From assembly GCA_050695655.1 (NCBI GenBank), contig JBOGTU010000077.1:20397-84396 (forward strand): a stretch of 64,000 nucleotides of DNA, given 5' to 3'. This document shows, piece after piece, positions 10,297-21,022 of the stretch. How positions within the stretch are numbered: position 1 is the first letter of the stretch; each line of letters starts with the position of its first letter. A model generated the notes under the pieces. That model saw only the letters and a program-made list of their open reading frames with translations, had not been told where the DNA came from and ran no database searches. This DNA comes from Chloroflexota bacterium. GTDB lineage: Bacteria > Chloroflexota > JAJPGV01. The translations under genes were made by a program, and so were the position numbers.

Positions 10297-11766
10297 ATGC
10301 CCACCGGCCTGGTGCTCGGCTGTTTGCTGCCACACCCACCGGTGCTGCTGCCGGAGGTAGGCGGCGCCATGGCGAGGCCGGTACAACCCACTGTGGACGC
10401 CATGCGCCAGGTGGGGCGCCGCATCGCCGCCCACGAGCCGGATGTAGTGATTGTGCTCAGCCCGCATGGCCCGCTGCTGGCCGACCGCATGGGCATTGGC
10501 CTCAGCCCGGCCGCCAGGGGCGACTTCGCCAGCTTCGCTGCTCCCCAGGTGCAGCTGTCCGCGGAGTGCGACGTTGCCCTGGCCGAGGCACTTCAGGCGG
10601 CCTGTGCTCGTTCGGCGCTTCCGCTCGCCGCGGTTGATGCCCTCACTGGCCCGCCCCGTGAACCGGGCGTGTACCGCCTGGACCACGGAGCGGCCGTTCC
10701 GCTGCACATTCTGCAGCCGCTGATGGGCCGCGTGCCGGTGGTGCTCCTGGGTTTTTCCGCGCTGCCACGGGCCACGCATCGCGCCTTTGGCCAGCGCATT
10801 CGGGATGTTTGCGAGGCCAGCAGCAAGCGGGTGGTGTTCGTGGCCAGCGGCGATCTCTCGCACCGCCTCACGCCGGCCGCGCCAGCCGGGTACGACCCGC
10901 GTGGCCAGGTGTTTGACGATGCTGTGCTGGCTGCCGTGTCGGCGGGCGACTGGGAGGCGCTGGCGAGCATCCCGGAGGAGCTCGTGGAGGCCGCTGGCGT
11001 GTGCGGGTATCTTTCGCTGCTCACGCTGAGCGCCGCCCTGGGCGAGGCGCCGGCCAGCAGTCACGTGCTGAGCTACCAGGGCACCTACGGGGTGGGCTAC
11101 GCCGTGGCCGAGATGGTCCCAGTAGCGCCGCGGCCCGGCGTCACCCGGGGTGCGGCCGGCACCATGGAACCCCTCAACCAAACCGAGCCCGCTGGCAGCG
11201 GCGGCTTCGTGTTCCCCGAGGGCACGCCGGGCGAGCAGATGCTGGCCCTGGTGCGCGCGACGCTCGCGGCGTACACCGCGCGGAGAGATCGGTTGCAGCT
11301 CCCGAACGCCCTGCCCGCTGCGCTCGCGGAAGCCGGGGCCTGCTTCGTCACACTGCGCTCGCGGGGCCAGCTGCGTGGCTGCGTGGGCACCATCCTCCCG
11401 GTGCAGCGCAGCCTCGCCGCCGAGATCGTCGAGAATGCGATTGGAGCCGCCTCACGGGACCCGCGCTTTCTGCCGCTGCACGCCTCCGAGCTGCGCGGGC
11501 TGAGCTGTTCGGTGGACGTGCTCACTCCTCCTGAACCCATCACCTCGATGGATGCACTGGACCCTCAGCGCTTCGGCCTGATCGTGGTGCAGGAGGAGCG
11601 CGTCGGCCTGCTGTTGCCGGAGCTGGCGGAGATCACGACAGTGGATGCGCAGTACCTCGCCTGCCTGCAGAAGGCGGGCATCACCAATCCCACCAATGTC
11701 GCCCTCTACCGCTTCGAAGCAACGCGCTACGCGGAGCCGGAGCCGGCCAAAACCTCTGCGCAGTGA
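10297..11766 (+). CDS. Two-domain protein: N-terminal class III extradiol dioxygenase-like (LigB/MEMO1 superfamily) domain fused to a C-terminal AMMECR1 domain, matching AmmeMemoRadiSam system protein B plus protein A
   Basis: N-terminal half has LPHPPVLLPEVGG, VIVLSPHGP and SGDLSHRL motifs (LigB/Memo-like). C-terminal half has ACFVTLRSRGQLRGCVGTILP...RDPRF (AMMECR1 core). 489 aa. Confidence 0.65.
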   Translation: MPTGLVLGCLLPHPPVLLPEVGGAMARPVQPTVDAMRQVGRRIAAHEPDVVIVLSPHGPLLADRMGIGLSPAARGDFASFAAPQVQLSAECDVALAEALQAACARSALPLAAVDALTGPPREPGVYRLDHGAAVPLHILQPLMGRVPVVLLGFSALPRATHRAFGQRIRDVCEASSKRVVFVASGDLSHRLTPAAPAGYDPRGQVFDDAVLAAVSAGDWEALASIPEELVEAAGVCGYLSLLTLSAALGEAPASSHVLSYQGTYGVGYAVAEMVPVAPRPGVTRGAAGTMEPLNQTEPAGSGGFVFPEGTPGEQMLALVRATLAAYTARRDRLQLPNALPAALAEAGACFVTLRSRGQLRGCVGTILPVQRSLAAEIVENAIGAASRDPRFLPLHASELRGLSCSVDVLTPPEPITSMDALDPQRFGLIVVQEERVGLLLPELAEITTVDAQYLACLQKAGITNPTNVALYRFEATRYAEPEPAKTSAQ

Positions 11767-11772
11767 AGACCT

Positions 11773-12906
11773 TCAGCTGGGGCGCGAGATGCCCACAGGC
11801 CGGGCACGCTCGTGCAGGCGGCGGCGCGCCCACAGATCCACCTCAAGGATGTCGCCCAGGGTTGGGCTGGGCAGGCTTTCATGCTCGGTGAGCAGCTCCT
11901 CCACCAGGCGCGGGATGTCCAGAAAGCCGATCTGCTCCTCCAGGAACAGCTGCACCGCCTCTTCATCCGCCGCCGCCAGCACTGTGGGGTAGGTTCCGCC
12001 GCGGGTGCCGGCCTCCTTGGCCAGGCGCAGGCAAGGGAAGCGGCCGGCATCCACCTCCTCGAACGTGAGGTCGCGCGCGGCTACCTCCAGGCGCGGACTG
12101 CTGAGCGGCAGCCGCCGCGGATAGGCAATGGCGTAGGCAATGGGCACGCGCATGTCAGGCACGCCCAGCTGCGCCTTGATGGACCCGTCCACAAACTCCA
12201 CCATGGAGTGCACGATGGACTGCGGATGAATCACGGCATCCACGCGCGAGAGGGGCAGGTCGAACAGGTGGCGCGCCTCCAGCAGCTCCAGCCCCTTGTT
12301 CATGAGCGTGGCGGAATCAATCGTGATCTTGCGGCCCATCACCCAGTTGGGGTGCTTGAGCGCTTCGGCCGGGGTCACGCCGGCGAAGCGCTCAATCGGC
12401 AGGGTGCGGAAGGGCCCGCCCGAGGCGGTGAGCAGCAGCCGTTGGACGCTCTCGGAGCTCTCGCCAGCCAGGCACTGCCAGATGGCGCTGTGCTCGCTAT
12501 CGATGGGGTACACGCGTGCGCCGGTGGCCTTGGCCTGCCGCATCACCAGGTCGCCGGCCATGATCAGCGTTTCCTTGTTGGCGAGCGCCACATCCGTGCC
12601 GTGGGCCAGCGCGGCCAGCGTGGGCTCGAACCCCACCTTGCCCGAAGTGCCTACCACCACCAGGTCCAGGTCGTCGCGCTGAGCCAGAGCCTTCAGCTCC
12701 TCGGCAGACGTAGCCACCACGGCCGGCCGAAAGCGCTGAGTCTGCTGCTCCAACAGCGCCGAGAAGCGTGACGCCGCCAGCCCCACAACCTGGAATTGGT
12801 CGGGAAACTGGCTCACCACATCCAGCGTCTGCGTGCCGATGGAGCCGGTGCTGCCAAGGATTGCCAGTCGCTTGGGCTTGCCCTCGGCCAGACCCTCATT
12901 TGTCAC
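11773..12906 (-). CDS. dxr: 1-deoxy-D-xylulose 5-phosphate reductoisomerase
   Basis: LAILGSTGSIGTQTLDVV NADPH-binding N-terminus. GTG start at 12906 chosen, because the long ORF-track extension would overlap cdsA and has no homology. Confidence 0.85.
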   Translation of the reverse strand: MTNEGLAEGKPKRLAILGSTGSIGTQTLDVVSQFPDQFQVVGLAASRFSALLEQQTQRFRPAVVATSAEELKALAQRDDLDLVVVGTSGKVGFEPTLAALAHGTDVALANKETLIMAGDLVMRQAKATGARVYPIDSEHSAIWQCLAGESSESVQRLLLTASGGPFRTLPIERFAGVTPAEALKHPNWVMGRKITIDSATLMNKGLELLEARHLFDLPLSRVDAVIHPQSIVHSMVEFVDGSIKAQLGVPDMRVPIAYAIAYPRRLPLSSPRLEVAARDLTFEEVDAGRFPCLRLAKEAGTRGGTYPTVLAAADEEAVQLFLEEQIGFLDIPRLVEELLTEHESLPSPTLGDILEVDLWARRRLHERARPVGISRPS

Positions 12907-12941
12907 GCTGCTTTCACCCCACTCACCGGCCCCGAGGGCGC

Positions 12942-13727
12942 TTAATGCCCGGCTATCAGGTGGAAATAGTAGACGCCGATGCTGGAAAAGATGAGTCCGT
13001 CGATGCGGTCCAAGACGCCGCCGTGGCCCGGCAGCAGACTGCTCATGTCCTTGAGCCGCGCCTGTCGTTTCATGAGTGATTCCACCAGATCGCCCAGCTG
13101 GGCCAGCACAGCAATCAACAGGCCTAACCCCAATGCCAGAGGAATGCTGAGGTGCAGCAGCCGTACCAGGCTGAGCGCGGCGGCCATGGCTACGATTGCT
13201 CCGCCGGCGGTGCCCTCCCACGTCTTACCCGGGCTCACCGCGGGAAACAGGCGGTGCCGGCCCCAGGCGCGGCCCACGAGATAGGCGCCGGTGTCAAACA
13301 CCCAGGTGCCGATAAGCGCGGCACCCATCCACTGGAGGCCGTTGGGGCCCTGCCGCAGCAGGATGGTGTAGCCGAGCAGAAAGCCGCTGTACAGCGCGGC
13401 AGAGGTGGTGAGCGCCCAGCGCTCGAAGGCGGCGGCCTGGCGGTGGTTCACCAGCAGCAGCAGGAGCGACAGCGCCAGCACGGGCCCCACGAGCAGGAAA
13501 TACTGCTGCGTGGGCATCCAGTCCGCCCCCACCAGGAAGGCGAACACAATGAAGGGGCCCACCCAGGGCAGGGGCGCGCGCTCCAGTTTGAGCAGCAGGT
13601 TCAAGATTTCCGCGGTGGCGGCAATGGCCAAAATGGCGATCCAGAGGACGAACTCCCAATCGCCAAGCCACAAAAAGGCCAAATTCAACGGCACCCAGGC
13701 AACGGCGGTGGCGACGCGAAGCTTCAT
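12942..13727 (-). CDS. cdsA: Phosphatidate cytidylyltransferase
   Basis: Multi-TM protein with the C-terminal CTP-transferase motif GHGGVLDRIDGLIF. Confidence 0.85.
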   Translation of the reverse strand: MKLRVATAVAWVPLNLAFLWLGDWEFVLWIAILAIAATAEILNLLLKLERAPLPWVGPFIVFAFLVGADWMPTQQYFLLVGPVLALSLLLLLVNHRQAAAFERWALTTSAALYSGFLLGYTILLRQGPNGLQWMGAALIGTWVFDTGAYLVGRAWGRHRLFPAVSPGKTWEGTAGGAIVAMAAALSLVRLLHLSIPLALGLGLLIAVLAQLGDLVESLMKRQARLKDMSSLLPGHGGVLDRIDGLIFSSIGVYYFHLIAGH

Positions 13728-13752
13728 GCGGACGCTGGCGGGCAGCGGTGGG

Positions 13753-14496
13753 TCAGCGCGCGAGGCCGCCGAACTTGCGGTTGCGCTGGCTGTAGCTGCG
13801 GATAGCCTCCTCGAAATCCTCCTTCCCGAAGTCCGGCCAGTAGGTGGGTGTGGAGTAGTACTCGCTGTACGCCGCTTGCCAGATGAGGAAATTGCTCAGG
13901 CGCATTTCGCCAGCCGTGCGAATCACGAGATCCGGATCGGGCAGCTCGGCCGTGTAGAGGTAGCGGCTGAACAGCTCTTCCGTCACCAGGTTGGGATCCA
14001 CCTGGTCACGCAGCATGCGCTTGGTGGCGTCCAGTATCTCCGCGCGGCCGCCGTAATTGAAGGCGACGTTGAGCTTGAGGCCGTCGTTCCCGGCGCTCTC
14101 TTCCACCACCGCCTGGATTTCGCGCCACAAGCGGTGGGGCACGCGGCCCATCTGGCCCATGACGTGCAGCTGGATGTTGTTCTCCAGGATGGTGGCCCTC
14201 TCCTTGCGCACCGTCTCGCCAAAGATGCGCATGAGCGCCTGCACTTCCCAGCCGGGGCGAGCCCAGTTCTCGGTGGAGAAGGCGTAGATAGTGAGCACGG
14301 CCACACCCAACGCGTGCGCCGTTTCGGAGATGGGGCGGATGTTCTTGGTGCCCGCCTCGTGCCCCATGGCCCGCGGCAGCCCGCGTGCCTGAGCCCAGCG
14401 GCCGTTGCCATCCATGATGATGCCCACATGTCGCGGCACGTGCAGGCCGGCATCCCTTCCCGGCGGCCGCTGAGCTACGGTTTCCGCCGCTGTCAC
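13753..14496 (-). CDS. uppS: Isoprenyl transferase (undecaprenyl diphosphate synthase)
   Basis: HVGIIMDGNGRWA and RTAGEMRLSNFLIWQAAYSE motifs of cis-prenyltransferases. Confidence 0.9.
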   Translation of the reverse strand: MTAAETVAQRPPGRDAGLHVPRHVGIIMDGNGRWAQARGLPRAMGHEAGTKNIRPISETAHALGVAVLTIYAFSTENWARPGWEVQALMRIFGETVRKERATILENNIQLHVMGQMGRVPHRLWREIQAVVEESAGNDGLKLNVAFNYGGRAEILDATKRMLRDQVDPNLVTEELFSRYLYTAELPDPDLVIRTAGEMRLSNFLIWQAAYSEYYSTPTYWPDFGKEDFEEAIRSYSQRNRKFGGLAR

Positions 14497-14504
14497 CGGA
14501 GCGA

Positions 14505-15059
14505 TTACACCTCCATAACCTCGGCCTCCTTGGTGTGGCCGAGGTCGTCTATGTCTTTGATCCAGCGGTCGGTGAGCTTCTGCAGCCGTTCCTGGGCACG
14601 CTTGTCATCGTCGGCGGAGAGGGTTTTGGCCTTCTCCAGCTCCTTGAGATGGTCGTTCGCTTCGCGCCGGATGTTGCGCACGGCCACGCGGCCATCCTCC
14701 AATTGCTTGCGGACCATCTTCACCAGGTCTTTGCGGCGCTCTTCGGTGAGGCGCGGCACCGCCAGGCGAATCACCTGGCCATCGTTGTTGGGGGTCATGC
14801 CCAGGTCCGACTTGAGGATGGCTTTTTCGATGCTGGCCATGGCGTTGCGGTCGTACGGCTGAATCACCACGCTGCGCGGCTCCGGGACAGAGATGTTGGC
14901 CAGCTGGCGCAGCGCGGTTGCGGTGCCGTAGTAGTCTACGTGCAGGTGCTCCACCAGGCCTGGTGAGGCGCGGCCGGTGCGAATGGACGAGAGCTCCTTG
15001 CGCAGCACATCCAGGGAGGCTTGCATTTTGGCTTCGGCCCGGGTGACCACGTCATCCAA
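14505..15059 (-). CDS. frr: Ribosome recycling factor
   Basis: 184 aa. RTGRASPGLVE...YYG motif. Confidence 0.9.
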   Translation of the reverse strand: MDDVVTRAEAKMQASLDVLRKELSSIRTGRASPGLVEHLHVDYYGTATALRQLANISVPEPRSVVIQPYDRNAMASIEKAILKSDLGMTPNNDGQVIRLAVPRLTEERRKDLVKMVRKQLEDGRVAVRNIRREANDHLKELEKAKTLSADDDKRAQERLQKLTDRWIKDIDDLGHTKEAEVMEV

Positions 15060-15795
15060 CGAGCTGTGCCTCCTCCGCTACCAGCGTACCGATGCCCGCT
15101 TCGCCCATCACGATGCGGCGGAGGTTGTCATCGCCCGGCAGGTCAAACACGATGATCGGAAGGTGATGCTCGCCACACAGAGTGATGGCCGTTTTATCCA
15201 TGACCCCGAGATCGCGGTTGATGAATTCAATGTAGCTCAGCTGGCTGAGCTTTTTCGCCTGTGCGTTGCGGCGCGGGTCCGCATCGTAAATGCCATCCAC
15301 GCCAAACTTGGTCATCAGCAGCACATCCGCCTCAATCTCCAGCGCCCGCAGCGCACCGGCGGTATCCGTGCTCACGAAGGGGTTGCCTGTGCCGGCGGCG
15401 AAGATCACCACCCGCCCCTGCTCCAGGTGGCGGATGGCGCGCCGGCGGATGTATGGCTCGGCCACGGAGGCCATGGGTATGGCGGACTGCACGCGTGTGG
15501 GCACGTCGATCTTCTCCAGTGCGTCCTGCAGGGCCATGGCGTTCATCACGGTGGCGAGCATGCCCATGTAATCCGCTTGGGAGCGGTCCATGCCCACCTC
15601 GCTCGCGGCACGACCGCGCCAGATGTTGCCACCACCCACCACCACGGCAATGTCGATGCCTAGAGCCTTGGCGTTTTTGATCTGCCCGGCCACCATTTGA
15701 ACAGCCGTCCAGTCAAGGATGTCGTGGCTGCCCCTGAATGCCTCGCCGCCTTGCTTGAGCAGAATGCGCCGGTAGCGGGGCGCAGCGTTTGGCAC
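15052..15795 (-). CDS. pyrH: UMP kinase
   Basis: RILLKQGGEAF and GGGNIWRG motifs. 8-nt overlap with frr. Confidence 0.9.
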   Translation of the reverse strand: MPNAAPRYRRILLKQGGEAFRGSHDILDWTAVQMVAGQIKNAKALGIDIAVVVGGGNIWRGRAASEVGMDRSQADYMGMLATVMNAMALQDALEKIDVPTRVQSAIPMASVAEPYIRRRAIRHLEQGRVVIFAAGTGNPFVSTDTAGALRALEIEADVLLMTKFGVDGIYDADPRRNAQAKKLSQLSYIEFINRDLGVMDKTAITLCGEHHLPIIVFDLPGDDNLRRIVMGEAGIGTLVAEEAQLVG

Positions 15796-15806
15796 AGGCG
15801 CGGCCG

Positions 15807-16403
15807 CTAGCGCCCCAGCTCGAACCGGGCGAAGCGCCGGATGCGGATGGGCTCGCCGAACTTGCCGCTCTTCTCTTTGACCAGGTCCTCGATGGTGCGC
15901 GAAGGATCCTTGATGTGCGGCTGCTTCAGCAGCACCACCTCCTGGAGCTGCTTCTCGAGCCGCCCCTGGATCATCCTGTCCTGGATATCCGCCGGCTTGC
16001 CGGCCAGGTCGCCATCGGCTCGGAGCCGTGCACGCTGCTGCTCTACCCAGGCAGGATCTAGGTCCTCCATGCTCACCGCCAGCGGGTTGGCCGCGGCGAT
16101 CTGCAGGGCAATCTCGTGCACCAACTCCTTGAACTCGCCGTTGCGCGCCACGAAGTCCGTGCCGCAGTTCACTTCCACCAGTACGCCAATGTTGCCCACA
16201 CCATGCACGTAGGCATCCACCAGGCCCTGGCTGGCTTCGCGCTCAGAAAGCTTGTCGGCGCGCTCCAGGCCCTTGCGGACGATGACGGACTTGGCCTTCT
16301 CCAGGTCGCCCGAGGTTTCCAGCAGCGCCTTGCGGCAGTCCATCACGCCGGCACCGGTCGCCTCCCGCAGATCCTTGATCAGCGTTGCCGAAATGTCAGC
16401 CAC
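15807..16403 (-). CDS. tsf: Elongation factor Ts (short form, 198 aa)
   Basis: LREATGAGVMDCRKAL N-terminal UBA-like motif and dimerisation core. Confidence 0.9.
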   Translation of the reverse strand: MADISATLIKDLREATGAGVMDCRKALLETSGDLEKAKSVIVRKGLERADKLSEREASQGLVDAYVHGVGNIGVLVEVNCGTDFVARNGEFKELVHEIALQIAAANPLAVSMEDLDPAWVEQQRARLRADGDLAGKPADIQDRMIQGRLEKQLQEVVLLKQPHIKDPSRTIEDLVKEKSGKFGEPIRIRRFARFELGR

Positions 16404-16482
16404 GTGTCCCCTTTATTCCTCATCGTTTTCGGCCGGGCACGGCGGACCCGGCCCTCAAAGCTGGCGGCCTGGCTTCCAGCTT

Positions 16483-17319
16483 CTATTCGGCAGCGGCGGC
16501 CACTGGCTCCGCGTAGCCCTCGGCCGGCGGCACGTATTCGTCGCCCGGCTCGGCCACGTATTCGCCCGCATTCTGGTACTCCTCGTAGGCCGCCGCGATC
16601 TCGGCCTCCGCCTCTTCCTCCTTGCGCATGGCCTCGGCTTCGGCCTGGCCTTCGAGCACCGCGTCGGCGATCTTGGAGGTGAGCAGCTTCACCGCGCGAA
16701 TAGCATCGTCGTTGGCGGGAATGCCCCACTGGATCTCGTCCGGATCGCAGTTAGTATCCAGAAGCGACACGATCGGGATGCCGAGGCGGTTCGCCTCCTT
16801 TACGGCGATGTGCTCCTTGCGCGTATCGATGACGAACAACATGGACGGCAGCCGCTTCATCTGCCGCACCCCGCCCAGGATGCGATTCAGTTTGGACATC
16901 TCGTCCTGCAGCTTGAGCGTTTCCTTCTTGGTGAGCAAGTCGAACTCGCCCTTGGCTTTGCGCTCCTCCAGCTCGGTAAGGCGCCGCAACCGCTGCTGTA
17001 TGGTCTGGAAATTGGTGAGCATGCCACCCAGCCAGCGCTGGTTCACGAAGAACATGCCGCAGCGTTGCGCTTCGTCCTGCACCGACTCCTGTGCCTGCTT
17101 TTTGGTGCCCACGAAGAGCACCGTCTCGCCGTTGCGCGCCTGCTCCTTCACGTGGTTGTAGGCCTGGGTGAGCTTGGTCACCGTTTGTTGCAGGTCGATG
17201 ATGTGGATGCCATTGCGCTCGGTGAAGATGTAGCTCTTCATCTTGGGGTTCCAGCGCTTGGTTTGGTGCCCAAAGTGCACCCCTGCTTCCAGCAGCAGCT
17301 TCATGGAGACGATAGCCAT
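16483..17319 (-). CDS. rpsB: 30S ribosomal protein S2
   Basis: [25 protein letters not shown]. Start refined to ATG 17319, with AGGAG RBS upstream. Has an acidic C-terminal tail. Confidence 0.9.
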   Translation of the reverse strand: MAIVSMKLLLEAGVHFGHQTKRWNPKMKSYIFTERNGIHIIDLQQTVTKLTQAYNHVKEQARNGETVLFVGTKKQAQESVQDEAQRCGMFFVNQRWLGGMLTNFQTIQQRLRRLTELEERKAKGEFDLLTKKETLKLQDEMSKLNRILGGVRQMKRLPSMLFVIDTRKEHIAVKEANRLGIPIVSLLDTNCDPDEIQWGIPANDDAIRAVKLLTSKIADAVLEGQAEAEAMRKEEEAEAEIAAAYEEYQNAGEYVAEPGDEYVPPAEGYAEPVAAAAE

Positions 17320-17415
17320 AGGTTTGCTTACTCCTGTGTGTTTAACCTCCGCCCTTGGCGCCGGCACCCCGTGAGGCACGCCCCGGCAGCCAGTGGTTGG
17401 GCGTGTGTACTTCGA

Positions 17416-18225
17416 CTACGCAGTATAGCGCTGGGCCGCTGGCTTCCCCGCGACGTCCACACGCGTGATGGTGAGGAAGGCGACGGCGACGACAATGAGC
17501 AGCGACAGGACGGGAGCAACCCGCTGGTCGCCCCAGCCCAGGCCGCCCAGATATGGCTTGCCGGTCCAATCCGCGAAGGTGGCGCCCAGCGGGCGGGTGA
17601 TGACATAGGCGCACCAGAACGCGAACACCGCGTTGATGCGCAGGTAGCGGAAGCCCAGCGCCGGCAGCGCAATGAGCACCACGAACAGGACCAGCGAAGG
17701 AAAGTACCCCAGGCCCAGCGTGGCCGCGGTAAGGTCACCCGCGGCGGTGCCCAGTGCGAACGTGGCCATCACCGTCGCCCAGTAAAAGAGCTCGCGCCGC
17801 CCACCGGTGATGGTGTGGATAGAGAGCGATTTCTCGCTGGCGTACCAGATGGCGAAGACGATCGCTAATATCGCCGCGAAAAAGATGGACGACGCCAAGT
17901 AGGGGACACCCAGCACCACGTGCAGTACGTCGGCTGCCATGGTGCCGAACACCGCGACCATGGCTACCGCCAGCCAGTAAATCCAGGGCACGTAGCGGCG
18001 TACCGCGAGCTGCAGCGCCAGCGCCACCGCCAGCGCTACGCAGCCCAGCACCACCGCCACGTACGGGTTGATCTGATAGACGAGGTAGTCGGATGTGGAT
18101 TCGCCCATGGCCGTGGTGAGCAGCTTGACGATCCAGAAGTACGCGGTCACCTCGGGCACCTTGCGCAGCGCCCCCGCCGCCAGCCCGCGCGACACACCCA
18201 ATTCTCCCGCCATGATCTTCCTCAC
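17416..18225 (-). CDS. Membrane protein with internal repeats (DUF347-like repeat family)
   Basis: Repeated motif AYFWIVKLLTTAMGESTSDYL / FWCAYVITRPLGATFADW within TM segments. Confidence 0.5.
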   Translation of the reverse strand: MRKIMAGELGVSRGLAAGALRKVPEVTAYFWIVKLLTTAMGESTSDYLVYQINPYVAVVLGCVALAVALALQLAVRRYVPWIYWLAVAMVAVFGTMAADVLHVVLGVPYLASSIFFAAILAIVFAIWYASEKSLSIHTITGGRRELFYWATVMATFALGTAAGDLTAATLGLGYFPSLVLFVVLIALPALGFRYLRINAVFAFWCAYVITRPLGATFADWTGKPYLGGLGWGDQRVAPVLSLLIVVAVAFLTITRVDVAGKPAAQRYTA

Positions 18226-18274
18226 CCTGAAGAAACGGGCCGCCAGCCGATGGCGAATGGCTCGACGAGCACCC

Positions 18275-19771
18275 TCACAGAATGTACTTGCCCAGATCCT
18301 GATCCTTCAGCAGGTCAGCGAGCCGCGCCTGCACATACGGGCGGTCCACCACAATGGTCTCGTCGGCGTGGTTGGCGGCGCCGAAGGACAGCTCCTCCAG
18401 CACGCGCTCCATCACTGTGTTCAGTCGCCGCGCGCCGATGTTCTCATGGCGCTCGTTGGCCAGCACCGCCACGTGCGCAATCTCCTCCAGACCATCGTCG
18501 CTGAACTGCAGCGTCACCTGCTCCACGGAGAGCAGCGCCTGGTACTGACGCGTGAGGGCATTCTCCGGCTCACGCAGGATGCGCAGGAAGTCCGCCTCAG
18601 TGAGCGGGCTCAGCTCCACCCGCAGCGGGAAGCGGCCCTGCAACTCGGGGATGAGGTCGTTGGGCTTGGCGTTGTAGAAGGCGCCCGCGGCGATGAACAG
18701 CATGTGATCCGTTTTCACCGGCCCGTAGCGCGTCATCACCGTGGAACCCTCGATCACCGGCAGCAGGTCGCGCTGCACCCCTTCGCCCGAAACGTCCACG
18801 TTGGCCTCGTGGCCTACGCGCGCGATCTTGTCGATCTCGTCGATGAAGACGATGCCGTCCTCCTCTACGCGGCGGGTGGCGCTTTCCACGACGCCGTCCC
18901 AGTCCACCAGCTTGTTGGCCTCCTCCACCGTGAGGATGCGCCGTGCCTCTTTCACGGATACCTGCTTGGCCCGGCGGCGGCCCTGGCTGACCTGGCTCAT
19001 GATCTCCTGGATGTTTTCCGTCACTTCTTCGGGCGTCATGCCGGATATGAACTCGAATACCGGCGGGAGGCCCTCATCGGAATCCGTCTCGATCTCAATG
19101 ATCTGCTCTTCCAGGCGGCTGGCGCTGAGCGCAGCGGAGATGGCGCGGCGGCGCCGCCGGATGCGCGCCTGCTCGCGCTTGGCCGTGCTGGTGGCCTGAC
19201 CTTCCGGCGTGGCAACCGGATCAGGCTCATTGATCGCGACAGCGCCGGCTTCAGTTGCCACACCAGCTTCATTTGCAGCGTTTACTTCGCTTGCGGCGCC
19301 GGCATCGCTCGGCGCGTTGGATGCGGGGAGCTGGCGCTGCTTGGAGAGCAGCGCCGTGATGATGCGCTCCTCGGCCAGCGCCTGGGCGCGGTCCTGCACC
19401 TCGGCCGTCTTGGCCTCGTGCACCATGTTGACGGCCAGTTCCACGAGGTCGCGGATGATGGAATCCACATCGCGGCCCACGTAGCCCACCTCGGTGAACT
19501 TGGTGGCATCGGTCTTGAGGAAGGGTGCGCCGGCCAGCTTGGCCAAGCGCCGGGCCAGCTCGGTTTTCCCCACACCGGTGGGCCCGATCATGATCATGTT
19601 CTTGGGCATGATCTCGCCGGCCATCTCGTCCGGCAGCTGCCTGCGGCGGTAGCGGTTGCGCAGGGCAACGGCCAGCGCACGCTTAGCCTCGGACTGGCCC
19701 ACCACATAGCGATCCAGCTGCTCCACTATGCGCTGAGGCGTAAAAGCATCCGCCGAGGCTCTATCAGCCAT
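18275..19771 (-). CDS. hslU: ATP-dependent protease ATPase subunit HslU
   Basis: Walker [10 protein letters not shown], sensor and I-domain. Start refined to ATG 19771 ([26 protein letters not shown]). Overlaps the hslV stop by 8 nt. Confidence 0.9.
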   Translation of the reverse strand: MADRASADAFTPQRIVEQLDRYVVGQSEAKRALAVALRNRYRRRQLPDEMAGEIMPKNMIMIGPTGVGKTELARRLAKLAGAPFLKTDATKFTEVGYVGRDVDSIIRDLVELAVNMVHEAKTAEVQDRAQALAEERIITALLSKQRQLPASNAPSDAGAASEVNAANEAGVATEAGAVAINEPDPVATPEGQATSTAKREQARIRRRRRAISAALSASRLEEQIIEIETDSDEGLPPVFEFISGMTPEEVTENIQEIMSQVSQGRRRAKQVSVKEARRILTVEEANKLVDWDGVVESATRRVEEDGIVFIDEIDKIARVGHEANVDVSGEGVQRDLLPVIEGSTVMTRYGPVKTDHMLFIAAGAFYNAKPNDLIPELQGRFPLRVELSPLTEADFLRILREPENALTRQYQALLSVEQVTLQFSDDGLEEIAHVAVLANERHENIGARRLNTVMERVLEELSFGAANHADETIVVDRPYVQARLADLLKDQDLGKYIL

Positions 19772-20321
19772 GGGAGTTGAGGACCTCAATGGAAATGTTG
19801 CGGTTGGTGTACACGCACAGTTGAGCCGCCGTTTCCAGGGCGATGCGGGCAATCTCGCTCGCCGGCAGCGACGAATGCGCGAGCAGTGCTATGGCGGCCG
19901 CTGTGGCATAGCCGCCGCCGGAGCCAATGGCGGCCACTTGATCGTCCGGCTCGATGACGTCGCCTTCACCGGAGAGCACCAACAAGTTGGAAGCGTCCGC
20001 CACCAGCAGCATGGCTTCCAGCCTGCGCAGAAAGCGATCGCCCCGCCATTCGCGCGTCAACTCAACAGCCGCGCGGCGGGTATTGCCGCCGTGCTGCTCC
20101 AGCTGGGCTTCGAACTTGTCGAACAGGGTGAGGGCATCTGCCACGGACCCGGCGAACCCTGCCAGCACCTGGCCGCGGTACAGCCGGCGCAGCTTTTTGG
20201 CGCCGTGCTTCATCACCATGTCGTTCACGGTTACTTGCCCGTCACCCGCCATGGCCACCTCTTCCCGAGCACGGACGGCCACAATTGTGGTGGCATGGAT
20301 CCGCCCCCCGACCCCTACCAT
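19764..20321 (-). CDS. hslV: ATP-dependent protease subunit HslV
   Basis: N-terminal TTIVAVR (catalytic Thr after propeptide removal) and GSGG motifs. Confidence 0.85.
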   Translation of the reverse strand: MVGVGGRIHATTIVAVRAREEVAMAGDGQVTVNDMVMKHGAKKLRRLYRGQVLAGFAGSVADALTLFDKFEAQLEQHGGNTRRAAVELTREWRGDRFLRRLEAMLLVADASNLLVLSGEGDVIEPDDQVAAIGSGGGYATAAAIALLAHSSLPASEIARIALETAAQLCVYTNRNISIEVLNSHG

Positions 20322-20414
20322 GAATAGAGCTTAGCGAAGGCTCCGGCCGGCACGTCCAGCAACATAGCCTGAACGGCGGCTGGCCGAGCAGGCGTTGACG
20401 CGAGCTTCGCGGGC

Positions 20415-20843
20415 GTGGTAGCGTGGCTTCCCGTGCAGAGGCGTCAGGTTCGGGCGGGGCGAGTGCCCGTGGCGAGCTTCACCGAGGCGCCCGGCTCCCC
20501 CTTCTCGCTGGCCACCCAGTACGGCAATCTGCTCTTCTTCTCCAACCTGGGCCCGATCGATCAGGCCACGCGCACAGTGCCCACGCAGGACGTGCGGCAG
20601 CAGGTGCGCATCACCCTGAGCAATCTGCGTCAGGCGCTTGAGGGCGCCGGGTCCTCAATGCAGTGCGTGCTCAAGGTGAGCTGTTATCTGCGGAACGCGG
20701 CCGATTTTACCGCCTATAACGAGGTCTATGCCGAGGTCTTCAAGGATGGCTTCCCCGCTCGCACCACCGTGATCGCCGCGCCGCCAAGAGCCGACGTGAG
20801 CGTGGCGATCGAGGCCGTCGCCTTCATCCCAGAGCCAGACTGA
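20415..20843 (+). CDS. RidA/YjgF/endoribonuclease L-PSP family protein
   Basis: YjgF-family signature region TRTTV...A.VE.EA at the C-terminus. Start uncertain; a GTG downstream is possible. Confidence 0.65.
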   Translation: MVAWLPVQRRQVRAGRVPVASFTEAPGSPFSLATQYGNLLFFSNLGPIDQATRTVPTQDVRQQVRITLSNLRQALEGAGSSMQCVLKVSCYLRNAADFTAYNEVYAEVFKDGFPARTTVIAAPPRADVSVAIEAVAFIPEPD

Positions 20844-21022
20844 GGCCCCGTTCGTGTTCTAAAGGGCCGCCCATCACGCCGCCGCGGACCGAGTGCAAGC
20901 TCCTGGCTGTGCGCGCCCGCCCCGCGTTACGATTCGGGAAGCACGGCATGCGCATTCGCTCTGGAGTTGCCACAAGTCAACATATGGCCGGCAAACCATT
21001 GAGCATAATCGATTATTACGAT

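Noticed and set aside
9565-11181. 538-aa minus-strand ORF
   Set aside because: It is antisense to tatC and the Amme-fusion gene, with a His/Arg/Gly-rich translation. Shadow ORF.
12907-13221. N-terminal extension of the dxr ORF
   Set aside because: It overlaps cdsA. It is Arg/Gly-rich without homology. Dxr begins at the conserved KRLAILGSTGSIG region with a GTG start.
16252-17868. 538-aa plus-strand ORF and 18095..19780 561-aa plus-strand ORF
   Set aside because: They are antisense to rpsB/DUF347 and to hslU respectively. No conserved motifs. Shadow ORFs.
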